Origin: a virus
Taxonomy: Duplodnaviria; Caudoviricetes
Strand: one strand, 5' to 3'
IMG/VR virus record: IMGVR_UViG_3300046733_000629
Length of the DNA: 64,000 nucleotides
The notes under the pieces: generated by a model
What the model saw: the letters and a program-made list of their open reading frames with translations, nothing else
Told to the model about the DNA's origin: nothing
Database searches by the model: none
Shown: positions 27,800 to 37,370 of the stretch, piece by piece
Layout: the number at the start of each line of letters is the position of its first letter
Numbering within the stretch: the first letter of the stretch is position 1
Translations under genes and position numbers: made by a program

Positions 27800-28475
27800 A
27801 AAAATATTAGAACAATTAAGCATTATGTTTCAAGCAAGTCCTCAACTTATGCGAGACAATGAGTTACTATCTAAAGCAATTAGTGGTACATTTGGTGTAG
27901 AGCTGAATACAGAGTTCACTGACATAATTGCGTTAGCAGATAAAATACATCATGCAGTGCTAGAAAACTATTTTAGTAAAGTATGGCAACCACACACTAA
28001 GAAATACAAATACAGTGGACTATCAATTGTTGACGAAGTTAATGGATTAAATCCATTAAACGTATTAGACTTAGGTTGTGGTTATAACGAGTTCAAAGGA
28101 AAGATTAAAAACTTAGTTGGAGTTGATCCTTATAATAAAAAAGCAGACATTACATCAAACATATTAGATCATGTTGGAGAAAAACCATATGATGTTGTTA
28201 TTTGTCTTGGAAGTATTAACTTTGGAAGTGTTGATAAAATTTACAACGAACTTGAACATGCAGTTAAAATTACAAAGCCAAGTGGATTGCTTTACTTTAG
28301 AGCTAACCCAGGCAGACAACACGAAGCAATGGAAGCTAAGTGGATTGAATTTTTTAATTGGAACAGCGAATTTATAATTAACAGTGCAGGTCAGCTGAAC
28401 TGTTCTATTGTAGAGCTTAGACAAGAAATGGGTGAACGTGGTTCACGATATTACTTTGTCTTAAAAAAGAATTAA
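27792..28475 (+). CDS. Class I SAM-dependent methyltransferase
   Basis: VLDLGCG, VGVDPY, YDVVICLGSINF, KPSGLLYFR. Confidence 0.8.
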   Translation: MNKKILEQLSIMFQASPQLMRDNELLSKAISGTFGVELNTEFTDIIALADKIHHAVLENYFSKVWQPHTKKYKYSGLSIVDEVNGLNPLNVLDLGCGYNEFKGKIKNLVGVDPYNKKADITSNILDHVGEKPYDVVICLGSINFGSVDKIYNELEHAVKITKPSGLLYFRANPGRQHEAMEAKWIEFFNWNSEFIINSAGQLNCSIVELRQEMGERGSRYYFVLKKN

Positions 28476-28492
28476 CATAAATTGGAGAAGTA

Positions 28493-29944
28493 ATGTTTGA
28501 AATCATAGCCGCGATTTTAGCCGGCACATTTTACGGACTGATTGTTGGCATCATACCTAGTGCAGGTGCTACAACAGGCCTTGTTGCCTTATTTGGATTC
28601 ATAGGTTGGTTTACAGCCTTTGATCCTTACCTGGGTGTAATATTTGTAATGGCAGTTGTTGCTGCCAGTACTACCGGAGATAGCTTCAGTGGAGTCCTCT
28701 TAGGTATTCCAGGTGCCAATAGTGCAGCCGCAACAATGGTAGATGGATTTCCATTAGCATTACAAGGCAGAGCTACATATGCATTGACAGCCGCAATAAC
28801 AGTATCAACTGTTAATGGACTCTTATGGGGAACGTTAACGTTTGCATTGTTACCGTGGTATAGTAATTTAATTATGATATTTGGTATTCCAGAACTCTGG
28901 GCCTTTGTGTTATTAGCATTGGCCACTGTTGGTTTTGTCAGCACAAAGTTTTGGGTAAGAAGTATAGTTGCAATTGCTATTGGATTCTATGTAGGACTTA
29001 TTGGAATGGATCCAGAAACAGCCGCAGACAGATACACATTTGGTTGGGACTATCTAGCAGATAGTGTACAAATTATGCCATTTGTAGCAGGGCTGTTTGC
29101 AGTACCCGAAATACTTGATGGGTTATTTAAAAAAGGGAAAGTTGCAAGTATCAAAACTTCTCAAAAAGGCCAAACATGGGAAGGCATTCAAGCATCTTGG
29201 AAATACAAATGGGATGGATTGCGTGGTGGACTAATTGGTGCATTTATTGGCTTCCTTCCTGGATTAGGTGGAGCAATGAGTGATTGGATGGCATATGGTG
29301 CAACCACAGCCATGAATCAAAATGAAAAGATTCCTTTTGGTAAAGGAAATATTAAAGGTGTTATTGGACCGGAAGGCTCTAATAATGCACAGAAAGCAAC
29401 GTCAATGATTCCAACAGTATTGTTTGGAATTCCAGGTGCAAGTTTTGCGGCCATTGTTATGGCTCTATTCATGTACTTAGACTTTGAACTTGGTACACCC
29501 GACCTAGTTTATGACACAAAGTTCTTTGACAGTTTGTTTATTGGGTTTATGGGTGCTACAGTTGCAGTCTGTTTCTTTTGTTTAGTTTTTACTAGATGGA
29601 TTGCAATGATTACGTATGTTCCTTATTGGGTATACGGTCCACTTTTACTAGTTTTTGTTACGTGGGCTTGTGTTCAATATACAGGAGGATGGGAAGACTA
29701 TGTAGTATTACTCATATTCAGTGTCATTGGTATAGCTTGTAAGTACTTGAAGTTTAGTAGACCAGCTATGTTAATGGGTTTCATTCTTGCGGACAGGATT
29801 GAATCATTAACCTTACAAATGTTTGGTTTGTATACGCCAGATAAACTCTTAGATAGACCAATCTTTCTTGGATTAATGGTAGCAGTAATTGCTATGTTTA
29901 TCTATGGAGTTTTCATTAATAAACAAAGACTAGACTATTCGTAA
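28493..29944 (+). CDS. tctA: Tripartite tricarboxylate transporter large permease TctA
   Basis: About 12 TM helices; GIIPSAGA, LLGIPGANSAAATMVDGFP, FLPGLGGA, GVIGPEGSNNA, FGIPG. Confidence 0.88.
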   Translation: MFEIIAAILAGTFYGLIVGIIPSAGATTGLVALFGFIGWFTAFDPYLGVIFVMAVVAASTTGDSFSGVLLGIPGANSAAATMVDGFPLALQGRATYALTAAITVSTVNGLLWGTLTFALLPWYSNLIMIFGIPELWAFVLLALATVGFVSTKFWVRSIVAIAIGFYVGLIGMDPETAADRYTFGWDYLADSVQIMPFVAGLFAVPEILDGLFKKGKVASIKTSQKGQTWEGIQASWKYKWDGLRGGLIGAFIGFLPGLGGAMSDWMAYGATTAMNQNEKIPFGKGNIKGVIGPEGSNNAQKATSMIPTVLFGIPGASFAAIVMALFMYLDFELGTPDLVYDTKFFDSLFIGFMGATVAVCFFCLVFTRWIAMITYVPYWVYGPLLLVFVTWACVQYTGGWEDYVVLLIFSVIGIACKYLKFSRPAMLMGFILADRIESLTLQMFGLYTPDKLLDRPIFLGLMVAVIAMFIYGVFINKQRLDYS

Positions 29945-29973
29945 TCATAAAATATAAAAACAATAAGATTTGG

Positions 29974-30002
29974 TTGACAACTCTTTAAATGTACTATAAT
30001 AT
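29974..30002 (+). promoter_or_regulatory. Probable sigma70 promoter for tctC
   Basis: GGTTGACA followed 17 nt later by TAATAT; AAGGAG SD. Confidence 0.5.
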
Positions 30003-30034
30003 ATGCTTACTTTAACTTAAAGGAGAATACAATA

Positions 30035-31093
30035 ATGTTAAAAAGACTTTTAACGGTAGTGGCACTTGTGGCTACTATGACAACATCAGCATTTGCTGAT
30101 ATCACACTTGTTGTTCCTCAGAAACCTGGTTCTGGAACTACTGTTTGGACAGAAATTGTTGCCAAGCAATTAGAACCATTTCTAGGTGAGAAGATCAACA
30201 TTAAACTAATTCCGGGTGCTAGAGATATTCCTGGTGTTAACAAATGGCATAACGAAATGCGTGATATGGACGATCACTTTATGGTAACACATGGTGGTAA
30301 CGGCGTATCGTTTTTAGCAGATAAAGTTGACTATAACTATGCTGAATATGAGTCAATTGGACTTATGAACTTGAACATCATTGCGGCACACCGTACTGAT
30401 GCAGATAAGAATAAGCCAAGCTTCTCATCAGGCTCAGGCATGGTACCAGAAGCATTTGCAATGACTTTGCTTATTTGTGGTCCAGACAAAAGCATGGATG
30501 AATACATTGCTTGTTTCAAAGACAATGTAAATTGGGTAAAAGGAATGAAAGGTTCAGAAAGACGTTTAGCATTTAAACGTGGTGAACTTTCAGGAACAAG
30601 AGAAAACCCAGCGGCTTTCAAAAAGCATGCACAGCCAACAATCGATGCAGGTGATGCAGAACTTTGGTTCCATCATGGTATCCTTGATGCGGCAAACGCA
30701 AGACACAACGATGACCCTAACTATCCAGGTTATCAACTTGAAATCCTATTTGAACAAAAATGGGGTGTAGCACCTAGTGGTGAATTCTACAATGCATATG
30801 TACTTGTAAAATCATTCCGTGATGGTCTACAAAAAGCAATTTGGGCGGCAAAAGGAAATCCTAACGCAGAGAAACTAAGAGTAGCTCTTACTAAAATGTC
30901 ACAGGATCCAGATGCAACAGCGGCTATTGCTAAGAAAGTTGGAAACTACGAATGGTTAATTGGTGGCGCAGGCGACCAACAACGTGATACACTAATGACA
31001 TTCATTACTGAAGATGCGTTGAAAAACCTAGTACGTTTTAATGTAGAAGCTTTAGATCTAAAAGCAATCTACAAACCAAACTTACTTGACTAA
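30035..31093 (+). CDS. tctC: TctC/Bug-like periplasmic substrate-binding protein
   Basis: Signal peptide (SAFA-D), ITLVVPQKPGSGT...LEPFLG...IPGA; adjacent to tctA. Confidence 0.75.
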   Translation: MLKRLLTVVALVATMTTSAFADITLVVPQKPGSGTTVWTEIVAKQLEPFLGEKINIKLIPGARDIPGVNKWHNEMRDMDDHFMVTHGGNGVSFLADKVDYNYAEYESIGLMNLNIIAAHRTDADKNKPSFSSGSGMVPEAFAMTLLICGPDKSMDEYIACFKDNVNWVKGMKGSERRLAFKRGELSGTRENPAAFKKHAQPTIDAGDAELWFHHGILDAANARHNDDPNYPGYQLEILFEQKWGVAPSGEFYNAYVLVKSFRDGLQKAIWAAKGNPNAEKLRVALTKMSQDPDATAAIAKKVGNYEWLIGGAGDQQRDTLMTFITEDALKNLVRFNVEALDLKAIYKPNLLD

Positions 31094-31113
31094 TTTTAAA
31101 ATATAAGAAAGAG

Positions 31114-31138
31114 GGCGGCAGAGATGTCGCCTTTTTTT
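31114..31138 (+). terminator. Rho-independent terminator
   Basis: GGCGGCA-GAGA-TGTCGCC-T7. Confidence 0.85.
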
Positions 31139-31153
31139 GTGGCTAAATACAAC

Positions 31154-31363
31154 ATGGATAGCAAACTCAGAAGCCTTATCAAAACTATATCATGGAGACT
31201 AACAGGCACTCTCGCAACCTTTATAATAAGTTACATAATACTACGTGATCTTACAGTCAGTGGCTCAATTGCTATTATTCAATTAACAGCCAATTCGATA
31301 ATCTTTTATTTCCATGAACGTTTATGGAATGTGATTAGTTGGGGCAAAGACAAATCAAACTAA
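31154..31363 (+). CDS. DUF2061-family small membrane protein
   Basis: RSLIKTISWRLTGT...FYFHERLWN; TAAATA 4 nt before the ATG. Confidence 0.8.
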   Translation: MDSKLRSLIKTISWRLTGTLATFIISYIILRDLTVSGSIAIIQLTANSIIFYFHERLWNVISWGKDKSN

Positions 31364-31588
31364 ATCATACTTTTTAATTTTATGTATTAATAATGTTCTG
31401 CCAATACCTAATTCTTTGGCAGTCTTTGTTCTGTTGTTGTTTTGATTTAATAATGCAGATTCAATTCTTTGCTTTTCAATTTCTTCTAATTCTACATTCA
31501 ACGGCTTACTTGGACACCATCTTTCTTGCATAGAATCTAATTGGTCAAATATATAATCTTGTTCTTCAATATTATCTATATATTTCAT
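31355..31588 (-). CDS. Fis/NtrC-type HTH_8 DNA-binding protein
   Basis: LEEIEKQRIESAL...NRTKTAKELGIGRTLLIHKIKKY. Confidence 0.8.
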   Translation of the reverse strand: MKYIDNIEEQDYIFDQLDSMQERWCPSKPLNVELEEIEKQRIESALLNQNNNRTKTAKELGIGRTLLIHKIKKYDLV

Positions 31589-31638
31589 TTTATTTCCTTA
31601 TAATCATTAAGTATAGTGTAAATATTTTTACAGTATTT

Positions 31639-31646
31639 TATAAATA
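31639..31646 (+). promoter_or_regulatory. T4-consensus late promoter TATAAATA
   Basis: Exact consensus, followed by an AAGGAG SD and the ATG at 31675. Confidence 0.75.
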
Positions 31647-31674
31647 GTAGTAGTTAATTAAGGAGAAGCATACT

Positions 31675-32226
31675 ATGAAAGTATTTATTCGAGCGTTAAT
31701 CATTACTATATTTGTTGCAATATCTGGCTCAGTTGTATATGCCGATCCTATTGTTACTGAAAGTACTAGTACAAGTAACGTAACAACAAAAGGTGACACA
31801 AAAACTACTGTAAAAAGTCCACCTCCTAGTGCTATTAGTCCAAGTATGAATAACAGCAATAGTGATTTATGTACAGTAGGTATATCAGGTGCAGTGCAAA
31901 CACAGATACTTGGTATAAGTGGTGGAAGCACAGTTAGAGATATGAACTGTGAAAGACTCAAATTATCTAAAACAATCTACGACATGGGTATGAAGGTCGC
32001 GGCCGTAAGTATTATGTGTCAAGACGAAAGAGTTTTTAAAGCTATGGAAATGGCCGGCACTCCTTGTCCGTTTAAAGGTGAAATTGGTGAAGCAGCACAA
32101 AAGAAATGGGATGCTAATTCAGATCTAAAACCTGAGAACACACAAAAGGAGACAAAGAAAAATGATACCCTCAAAGGTGCTGCAATGGGCATTGGTGGTA
32201 GTTTGTTGCTTCTTCTACTTCTTTAG
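31675..32226 (+). CDS. Exported Cys-containing protein with a C-terminal membrane anchor
   Basis: Signal peptide (VYA-D), four Cys (DLC, MNCERL, IMCQD, TPCPF), hydrophobic C-terminus. Confidence 0.75.
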   Translation: MKVFIRALIITIFVAISGSVVYADPIVTESTSTSNVTTKGDTKTTVKSPPPSAISPSMNNSNSDLCTVGISGAVQTQILGISGGSTVRDMNCERLKLSKTIYDMGMKVAAVSIMCQDERVFKAMEMAGTPCPFKGEIGEAAQKKWDANSDLKPENTQKETKKNDTLKGAAMGIGGSLLLLLLL

Positions 32227-35200
32227 TAGTGTAGCATTAGCCACAGATACATCAGCTCCAGACAATCCAACAACTACATCTCCAAGCACATTAGATTTAA
32301 GTGATGGAACCATTACGAATCCACAATATGGATGTCCTAGTGGAACAACAGCCGCACAAGTTAATACTTCAAATTGGGGTACCGAAACAGTTCGCTTTGG
32401 CGAATGTGTCAACACGTTTGCTATAACATATGCAATCAATCAAGCACTACAAGGGTCAGGTGTTAGCATAGACAAAGTCCACTACAGTTGGCGTTATGTT
32501 ATGTGCTTTAATACACCAGGCGAGAGTTGTAATGATAACATCAGCAACAGAGTTAATACCACTACAGGTGAAGTTACAGATGACCAATACTTTGATGAAC
32601 TACAAGTTGTTATTGAAATAACAGATAGCAGTGGAAATGTAGTTGAAACTAAAACATGGAACATGGATACTTGGTATCAATGGAATGCCGCTAATAGTCA
32701 CAGTGATAATGAAATACAAGATGGTTCAGTTTATTGGCAGATACACGAAGACAATATAGAAGTATACAATCACATAGATAAAACAGGAACCATACGCACA
32801 CCAAATAGTGTAGGTGATGTGAGATTTAGAATTAGTGGATACGACAAAGGCAATTGGGATGGATACTACGGACCAGTTATAAACAGATTACAAACTTGGT
32901 TTACTTATAGAGCAAACCCATGTAATGATACAGCTCTATATGATCCTAGTTGTCCAGGTTACTCTGAAGCATATGCAACATGGCAATACGATCAAAATTG
33001 TGCCGCTGATGCACTTTATGATCCAGGGTGTCCTGGTTATTCCACTGCATATTACAATCAACAATGTAGTGCAGACCCACTTTATGATAGTGGCTGTGAC
33101 GGATATGCTACAGCATATTACAATCAACAATGTAGTGCGGATCCATTATACGATAGTGGATGTGATGGATACGATCAGGCTTACCTAACACAACAATGTA
33201 ACTTAGACTCACACTATAGTAGTTCATGCCCAAATTATAGTTGGGCCGTTGCTACTATGACTGGTGCCATAGAAAACAAAGCAGGAGAAGGCAGTGACTT
33301 TATTGAAATAGTTAAAGCCGATAACAGTAACATATGGAATGCATTATTTTACAACGAATCAGAATTAGACAATGGTGAGTGGTATGCATTATGTAACTCA
33401 CGTGATGATGGTTGCGAAGATGCAGTTATTAGTAGTGCTAGTTTTAATTATAATGGTAACCATTATGCATTCTTATACACAAAAGACGAAGATGGAAATT
33501 CCTATACGCCTGTTAATGGATCCAACTATCTATTTCTAACTGAAACAAGGTTAGATGCATACTGTGATCAAAATGCACTTACCAGTAAATTTTGTGACGG
33601 ATATGAGACTGCATATTATAATTCACAATGTGAATCTAATCCATTATATGACAGTGGTTGTCCTGGATATGCACAAGCATATGAAGACCAGCAATGTAGT
33701 ATTAATCCATTGCATAGCACAAATTGTAGTGGATATCAACAAGCATATTATAATCAACAGTGTAGTGCTGATCCACTTTATGATAGTGGTTGCCCAGGTT
33801 ATTCTACAGCATATTACAACCAACAGTGTAGTTTAGATGCAACATATGACAGTGGTTGTCCAGGTTATGCAGAGGCTTATTTTACACAACAATGTAATGC
33901 AGACCCATTGTATGATAGTGAATGTCCGGGTTACGAAAGTGCATACTTTACACAGCAATGTAATGCAGACCCACTTTACGATAGTGCATGTAGTGGCTAT
34001 GATGAAGCATACTTTACACAGCAATGCACAGCCAACCCACTTTATAACAGTGAATGTAGTGGATACGACACAGCATATTTTAATCAGCAATGTGGATTAA
34101 ATGCATTATACAACAGTGAGTGTAGTGGATATGATGAAGCATATCTAACTCAACAGTGTAGCATAAACACGTTATACGATAGCAGTTGCGATGGATACGA
34201 AGCGGCATATACACTAGCACAATGTAATGAGAATCCATTGTATGCTGAAAGTTGTGAAGGATATGAAGTATCATACTTTAATCAGCAATGTAGTTTTGAT
34301 CCACAGTATGATACACAATGTCCAGGTTATCAAGCACCAGTAGAAGATACTGTTGACCCAGTTGCAATTGACAATGGAATAAGCACGGGTGATAGTGTTG
34401 TTGATAGTATTCTTGCAACACCAGACTTACCAGTTGTTAATTTAATTCCAGACACACCAGAGCCAATTGAAGTACCTCAACCTGAAATAGTTATGCCAGA
34501 TATTCCAGAAGTAGAAGTTGTAGTTGAAGTACCTACTACAGTTGAGCAAATAGAATTAGAAGTAGAAGCACAGATAGAACAAGAATTAGAAATAGAAATA
34601 GAAATAGAAACACCAACAACTGAAGAACCAACAACAGAAGAAACAACAACTGAAGAACCAACAACTGAAGAAAGCACAACAGAAGAAAGTACTGAAGAAA
34701 GCACAACAGAAGAAAGTACTGAAGATGAGACAAGCAATGAGGAAACCACAGAAGAAAGTACTGAAGAAGAAAGTACTGAAGAAATCACAGAAGAAAGTAC
34801 TGAGGAAGAATCAACGGAGGAAGAATCAAGCAATGAGGAATCAACTGAAGAGGAAGCTACAGAAGAAACAACAGATACTGATGTAAAAGCAACACCTAAG
34901 AAGAAAATTAAAAAGTTATCTAAGAAACAAAAAGAAGATGCTAAACGTAAAAAGATGAAAGAAATTATTAAAAAGAAGTTAGCAAAGTTAGCAGATGATA
35001 TGGGTAAAGCAAAATCACTAGAAGCTCAACAAGCCTTACAACAAGTTATTGCCGCATTAATTAATTATGTTCCTGGGTTTAATGCTTATGGACAGTTTGC
35101 AATACCTGGAGTAGACTTTTACAATTCAGATGAGATTTACAAAGATAAAAAGATTCCAGAAAACCAACGTGGGTTAAGGAATGGATTAGCAAGTGAATTA

Positions 35201-35245
35201 TTACATAAGAAAATGGTTGATATGCAATACGAGGGAATGGAATAA
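32162..35245 (+). CDS. 1027-aa exported protein with 17 C-x9-C-x-(G/N)-Y repeats and a Glu/Thr stalk
   Basis: Hydrophobic N-terminus; 22-aa repeats; TTEE tract; basic C-terminus. Confidence 0.8.
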   Translation: MIPSKVLQWALVVVCCFFYFFSSVALATDTSAPDNPTTTSPSTLDLSDGTITNPQYGCPSGTTAAQVNTSNWGTETVRFGECVNTFAITYAINQALQGSGVSIDKVHYSWRYVMCFNTPGESCNDNISNRVNTTTGEVTDDQYFDELQVVIEITDSSGNVVETKTWNMDTWYQWNAANSHSDNEIQDGSVYWQIHEDNIEVYNHIDKTGTIRTPNSVGDVRFRISGYDKGNWDGYYGPVINRLQTWFTYRANPCNDTALYDPSCPGYSEAYATWQYDQNCAADALYDPGCPGYSTAYYNQQCSADPLYDSGCDGYATAYYNQQCSADPLYDSGCDGYDQAYLTQQCNLDSHYSSSCPNYSWAVATMTGAIENKAGEGSDFIEIVKADNSNIWNALFYNESELDNGEWYALCNSRDDGCEDAVISSASFNYNGNHYAFLYTKDEDGNSYTPVNGSNYLFLTETRLDAYCDQNALTSKFCDGYETAYYNSQCESNPLYDSGCPGYAQAYEDQQCSINPLHSTNCSGYQQAYYNQQCSADPLYDSGCPGYSTAYYNQQCSLDATYDSGCPGYAEAYFTQQCNADPLYDSECPGYESAYFTQQCNADPLYDSACSGYDEAYFTQQCTANPLYNSECSGYDTAYFNQQCGLNALYNSECSGYDEAYLTQQCSINTLYDSSCDGYEAAYTLAQCNENPLYAESCEGYEVSYFNQQCSFDPQYDTQCPGYQAPVEDTVDPVAIDNGISTGDSVVDSILATPDLPVVNLIPDTPEPIEVPQPEIVMPDIPEVEVVVEVPTTVEQIELEVEAQIEQELEIEIEIETPTTEEPTTEETTTEEPTTEESTTEESTEESTTEESTEDETSNEETTEESTEEESTEEITEESTEEESTEEESSNEESTEEEATEETTDTDVKATPKKKIKKLSKKQKEDAKRKKMKEIIKKKLAKLADDMGKAKSLEAQQALQQVIAALINYVPGFNAYGQFAIPGVDFYNSDEIYKDKKIPENQRGLRNGLASELLHKKMVDMQYEGME
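32921..34330 (+). repeat. 66-nt-period coding repeat array in two blocks (5 + 12 units)
   Basis: Blocks 32921-33238 and 33563-34330; in block 2 the first Cys codon recurs every 66 nt with no indels. Confidence 0.9.
34600..34880 (+). repeat. Low-complexity Glu/Thr/Ser coding tract
   Basis: PTTEE/STEE/TTEE iterations; boundaries approximate. Confidence 0.85.
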
Positions 35246-35565
35246 TGAGTTGTTTAGCAATTGGATTAGCATTAAGTATGCATTTAGGATTGGCAAATGA
35301 ATATAATCAAATACATCCATATGCTAAATGTGAAACATATAAAACAATAACAGGAATTTATTATAATAGTTTAGAAAATATTAGTTTATTTGGAGCAATG
35401 AAATATAAACTTACAGACGAATTATTATTAGATATAGGCATCGCAACAGGTTATGTATATGATGTCGTACCAATGGCAAGACTAAGATATAAGAATATTT
35501 TTATAATGCCTGCAATGGAAGAAGACGCTACTGGAGTAGTATTAGGAATTCAAGTAGATTTTTAA
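35245..35565 (+). CDS. Small outer-membrane beta-barrel-like protein (PagP-like pattern)
   Basis: GIYYNS...GIATGY...P motif, alternating strands, terminal Phe. Confidence 0.5.
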   Translation: MSCLAIGLALSMHLGLANEYNQIHPYAKCETYKTITGIYYNSLENISLFGAMKYKLTDELLLDIGIATGYVYDVVPMARLRYKNIFIMPAMEEDATGVVLGIQVDF

Positions 35566-35577
35566 AGGAGAATACAA

Positions 35578-36090
35578 ATGAGTAAAGAACAAACAACATT
35601 AGAAGTTGGCGGACTAAAGTTTACAGGCGGTAAACTATTCTTAGTCTTAACAATTTTAAGTACATTAGGTGGAGCCGCATGGGGAGGTTTTGAATTCTAT
35701 AATGATTATAGAAACATGAAAGCTAAGATAGAACGTTATGTAGCACCAGACCTAAGTGGAATAAAAGCAGAGCTTGCAATCATAGATCAAAAGTTAGACG
35801 ATAACAATGAATATTCTAAAGATATTAAAAACGGATTACGTGATGATATTGTTAGACTAGAACGTATTGTTGATGCAATTGAAGATGATGTAAACAAAAC
35901 AGAAGATAAAACACGTGAACTAATAACGCTAGCTGATCAACGTTTTGAAAACAAACGAGACCAGTTGCTAACAGACTATGAGCAAAAAGCAGATAGCTTA
36001 CGTACTAGTACTGATCTTAAACTAAAAGAACTAGAAAGCAGACTAAACAAAAGATTACAAAGAGCCTTAGATAATCCATTAGCTAACTAA
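35578..36090 (+). CDS. N-terminally anchored coiled-coil membrane protein
   Basis: One TM helix followed by a long heptad region; AAGGAG SD. Confidence 0.7.
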   Translation: MSKEQTTLEVGGLKFTGGKLFLVLTILSTLGGAAWGGFEFYNDYRNMKAKIERYVAPDLSGIKAELAIIDQKLDDNNEYSKDIKNGLRDDIVRLERIVDAIEDDVNKTEDKTRELITLADQRFENKRDQLLTDYEQKADSLRTSTDLKLKELESRLNKRLQRALDNPLAN

Positions 36091-37235
36091 TTTTTAGTCC
36101 TGGATATGCTACATTGTCTATGACATACCTGCATATTATCAAAGTTACTCATAATCTTCTTAAACGCAGCACCTTTAACAATATTGTTAAGGGTGTTGTT
36201 GTATATGCTTAATGATTGCTCATCTTCTTTAGTAATACCTGCCTCATCAAAATGTTGTTGTTGATCAACTCTCATAAAACAACAAGGTAAAAACAATCCT
36301 TCACTTGATACAAAGTTTGTATAGTTTTCTATGTTCATGCATTGTGGAAATATATGTTCTGTTTGATATGTTTCTTTTTTAACAACAGGAGCATTTTGAA
36401 ATCTACGTTTCTTATCAATATTTTTAGTAGTTACCTTTGTTTGTTTAACATCAACTATAGTTGCATCTTGTCCTTTTTGTTTTGATGAAGTAAACTTTTC
36501 TTGTACAGTTTCATTCTGGATTATCTCTTTGATCTTCATTGTACTTGATCTAGGTGTTACTCCTATTTTTAATCTAGGATGATTTATATTTAAATGATAT
36601 ACGTATTCTTCTAGTTTAGTTAAGTTCTCATCAAAGTCTGCTTTATTTGCTAACTGATCTTCTCTAGCTCTGTGTGTATGTATTATTACAAACTGTTTGA
36701 AGCCTAACTCTTTTGCAGTATCAAATGCAATTCTCATACTTTCAAAGTCTTGATTATATTTAAATACAATATACTTCCAACGCATGTTACAACCAGCATT
36801 AGATAATATTCTTGCACCTAATTCTATGCTTTTCCAGTCGCCGTTTATTCTATATTCTGTAAAGTTATCTGGAGTTCCGTCAATGCTATACTCAATTAAG
36901 TCTGTACTACCCATCAAATCTGCAATAGCTTGCCAATCTTCTGCTTGTCTATAACTTCCATTAGTATTAAATATAAACCTGCCACCCATTGCTTTGATAG
37001 CTCTAAGTGTTTTAACTAAGTGTGGATGATATAAAGCATCTCCATACGCACCTGTTAACCTAAAGTCATTTGCACCAGAATCTTTTAGAAACTCTATTAG
37101 TTTATCTTCATTGATATTACCATTGTCCCATAGATCCTTCTTGTGCTCTTGGAATGTTCTAGGACAATTTGGACATAGTAATGTACACTTTGATGTTAGT
37201 TCCAGTTCAAATTTGTTAGATATAGGGAATTGCAT
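36087..37235 (-). CDS. Radical SAM protein with fused C-terminal SPASM/Twitch
   Basis: CTLLCPNCPR, GAYGDALYHP, SIDG; C-terminal PQC...LFLPCCF...CHRQC. Confidence 0.85.
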   Translation of the reverse strand: MQFPISNKFELELTSKCTLLCPNCPRTFQEHKKDLWDNGNINEDKLIEFLKDSGANDFRLTGAYGDALYHPHLVKTLRAIKAMGGRFIFNTNGSYRQAEDWQAIADLMGSTDLIEYSIDGTPDNFTEYRINGDWKSIELGARILSNAGCNMRWKYIVFKYNQDFESMRIAFDTAKELGFKQFVIIHTHRAREDQLANKADFDENLTKLEEYVYHLNINHPRLKIGVTPRSSTMKIKEIIQNETVQEKFTSSKQKGQDATIVDVKQTKVTTKNIDKKRRFQNAPVVKKETYQTEHIFPQCMNIENYTNFVSSEGLFLPCCFMRVDQQQHFDEAGITKEDEQSLSIYNNTLNNIVKGAAFKKIMSNFDNMQVCHRQCSISRTKN

Positions 37236-37265
37236 ATATTATGTAAACCTTTAAGTTTAGTTTTA

Positions 37266-37279
37266 ATAAATATATTTAT
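37266..37279. promoter_or_regulatory. Palindromic bidirectional late promoter
   Basis: ATAAATATATTTAT is a perfect palindrome giving ATAAATA on both strands between divergent genes. Confidence 0.55.
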
Positions 37280-37302
37280 GTAAAACAAATCCAATGATTT
37301 GC

Positions 37303-37331
37303 TTGACATTTGAAGTATAATCATGTATTAT
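37303..37331 (+). promoter_or_regulatory. Sigma70 promoter
   Basis: TTGACA-17 nt-TATTAT. Confidence 0.65.
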
Positions 37332-37370
37332 ACACTAAAGCCTTATACATAAGAGCGGATTAATAACATT

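Noticed and set aside
32921-34330. 66-nt periodic array as CRISPR or a DGR-type repeat
   Set aside because: Repeats are in-frame protein repeats with synonymous divergence; no reverse transcriptase or adenine-specific variant pair was seen.
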